This document shows, piece after piece, positions 62,340-62,437 of a DNA stretch of 62,437 bases. A model generated the notes under the pieces. The model did not search any database. It had not been told where the DNA came from and saw only the letters and a list, made by a program, of their open reading frames with translations. Source of the DNA: Octopus bimaculoides. Taxonomy: Eukaryota. The position numbers were made by a program, and so were the translations under genes. Position 1 is the first letter of the stretch. The number at the start of each line of letters is the position of its first letter. The DNA lies in contig NC_068985.1 of the NCBI RefSeq assembly GCF_001194135.2, forward strand, positions 168,095-230,531, given 5' to 3'.

Positions 62340-62437
62340 TATCATCATCATCATCATCATCATCGTCATTTAACGTCCGCTTTCCATGCTAGCATGGGCT
62401 GGACGATTTGAATGAGGACTGGTGAAACCGGATGGCA
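62340..62437 (-). mobile_element. RTE tail truncated by the window end
   Basis: (ATC)n tttaacgtccgctttccatgctagcatggg. Confidence 0.85.

Overview
AT-rich, microsatellite-dense animal genomic DNA with five N gaps. The repeat families (RTE LINEs with (GAT)n tails, tRNA-headed SINEs) point to a cephalopod, most likely Octopus (inferred). One host gene is supported, on the minus strand. Six GT-AG exons (39855-39769, 27481-27384, 24516-24390, 15021-14848, 11569-11394, 2024-1755) splice in frame into a 310-aa, N-terminally incomplete protein of an uncharacterised invertebrate family. It has an internal two-fold repeat, intron phases 1,1,0,1,1,0, and a Thr/Pro stalk followed by a GPI-type hydrophobic tail. 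The ORF track shows only parts of these exons. The first (signal-peptide) exon is unresolved. Almost all other sequence is transposon debris: about 20 RTE pieces in both orientations, RLE-type (R4/Dong-like) LINEs, CR1, RTE-X-like and Gypsy relics, mariner, Tc1, maT/DD37D and Tigger remnants, several SINE families, a MITE and a Penelope-like end. There is no CRISPR array, rRNA or credible tRNA gene. The best leads are the duplicated, surface-anchored orphan protein, a PHD-like finger inside the RTE reverse transcriptase, a variable-copy hairpin array in the RTE 3'UTR, and several intronic or flanking fold-backs that could form dsRNA. Repeat boundaries are approximate (tens of bp). Exon boundaries were read base by base. 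Family names come from motif recall, not database searches.
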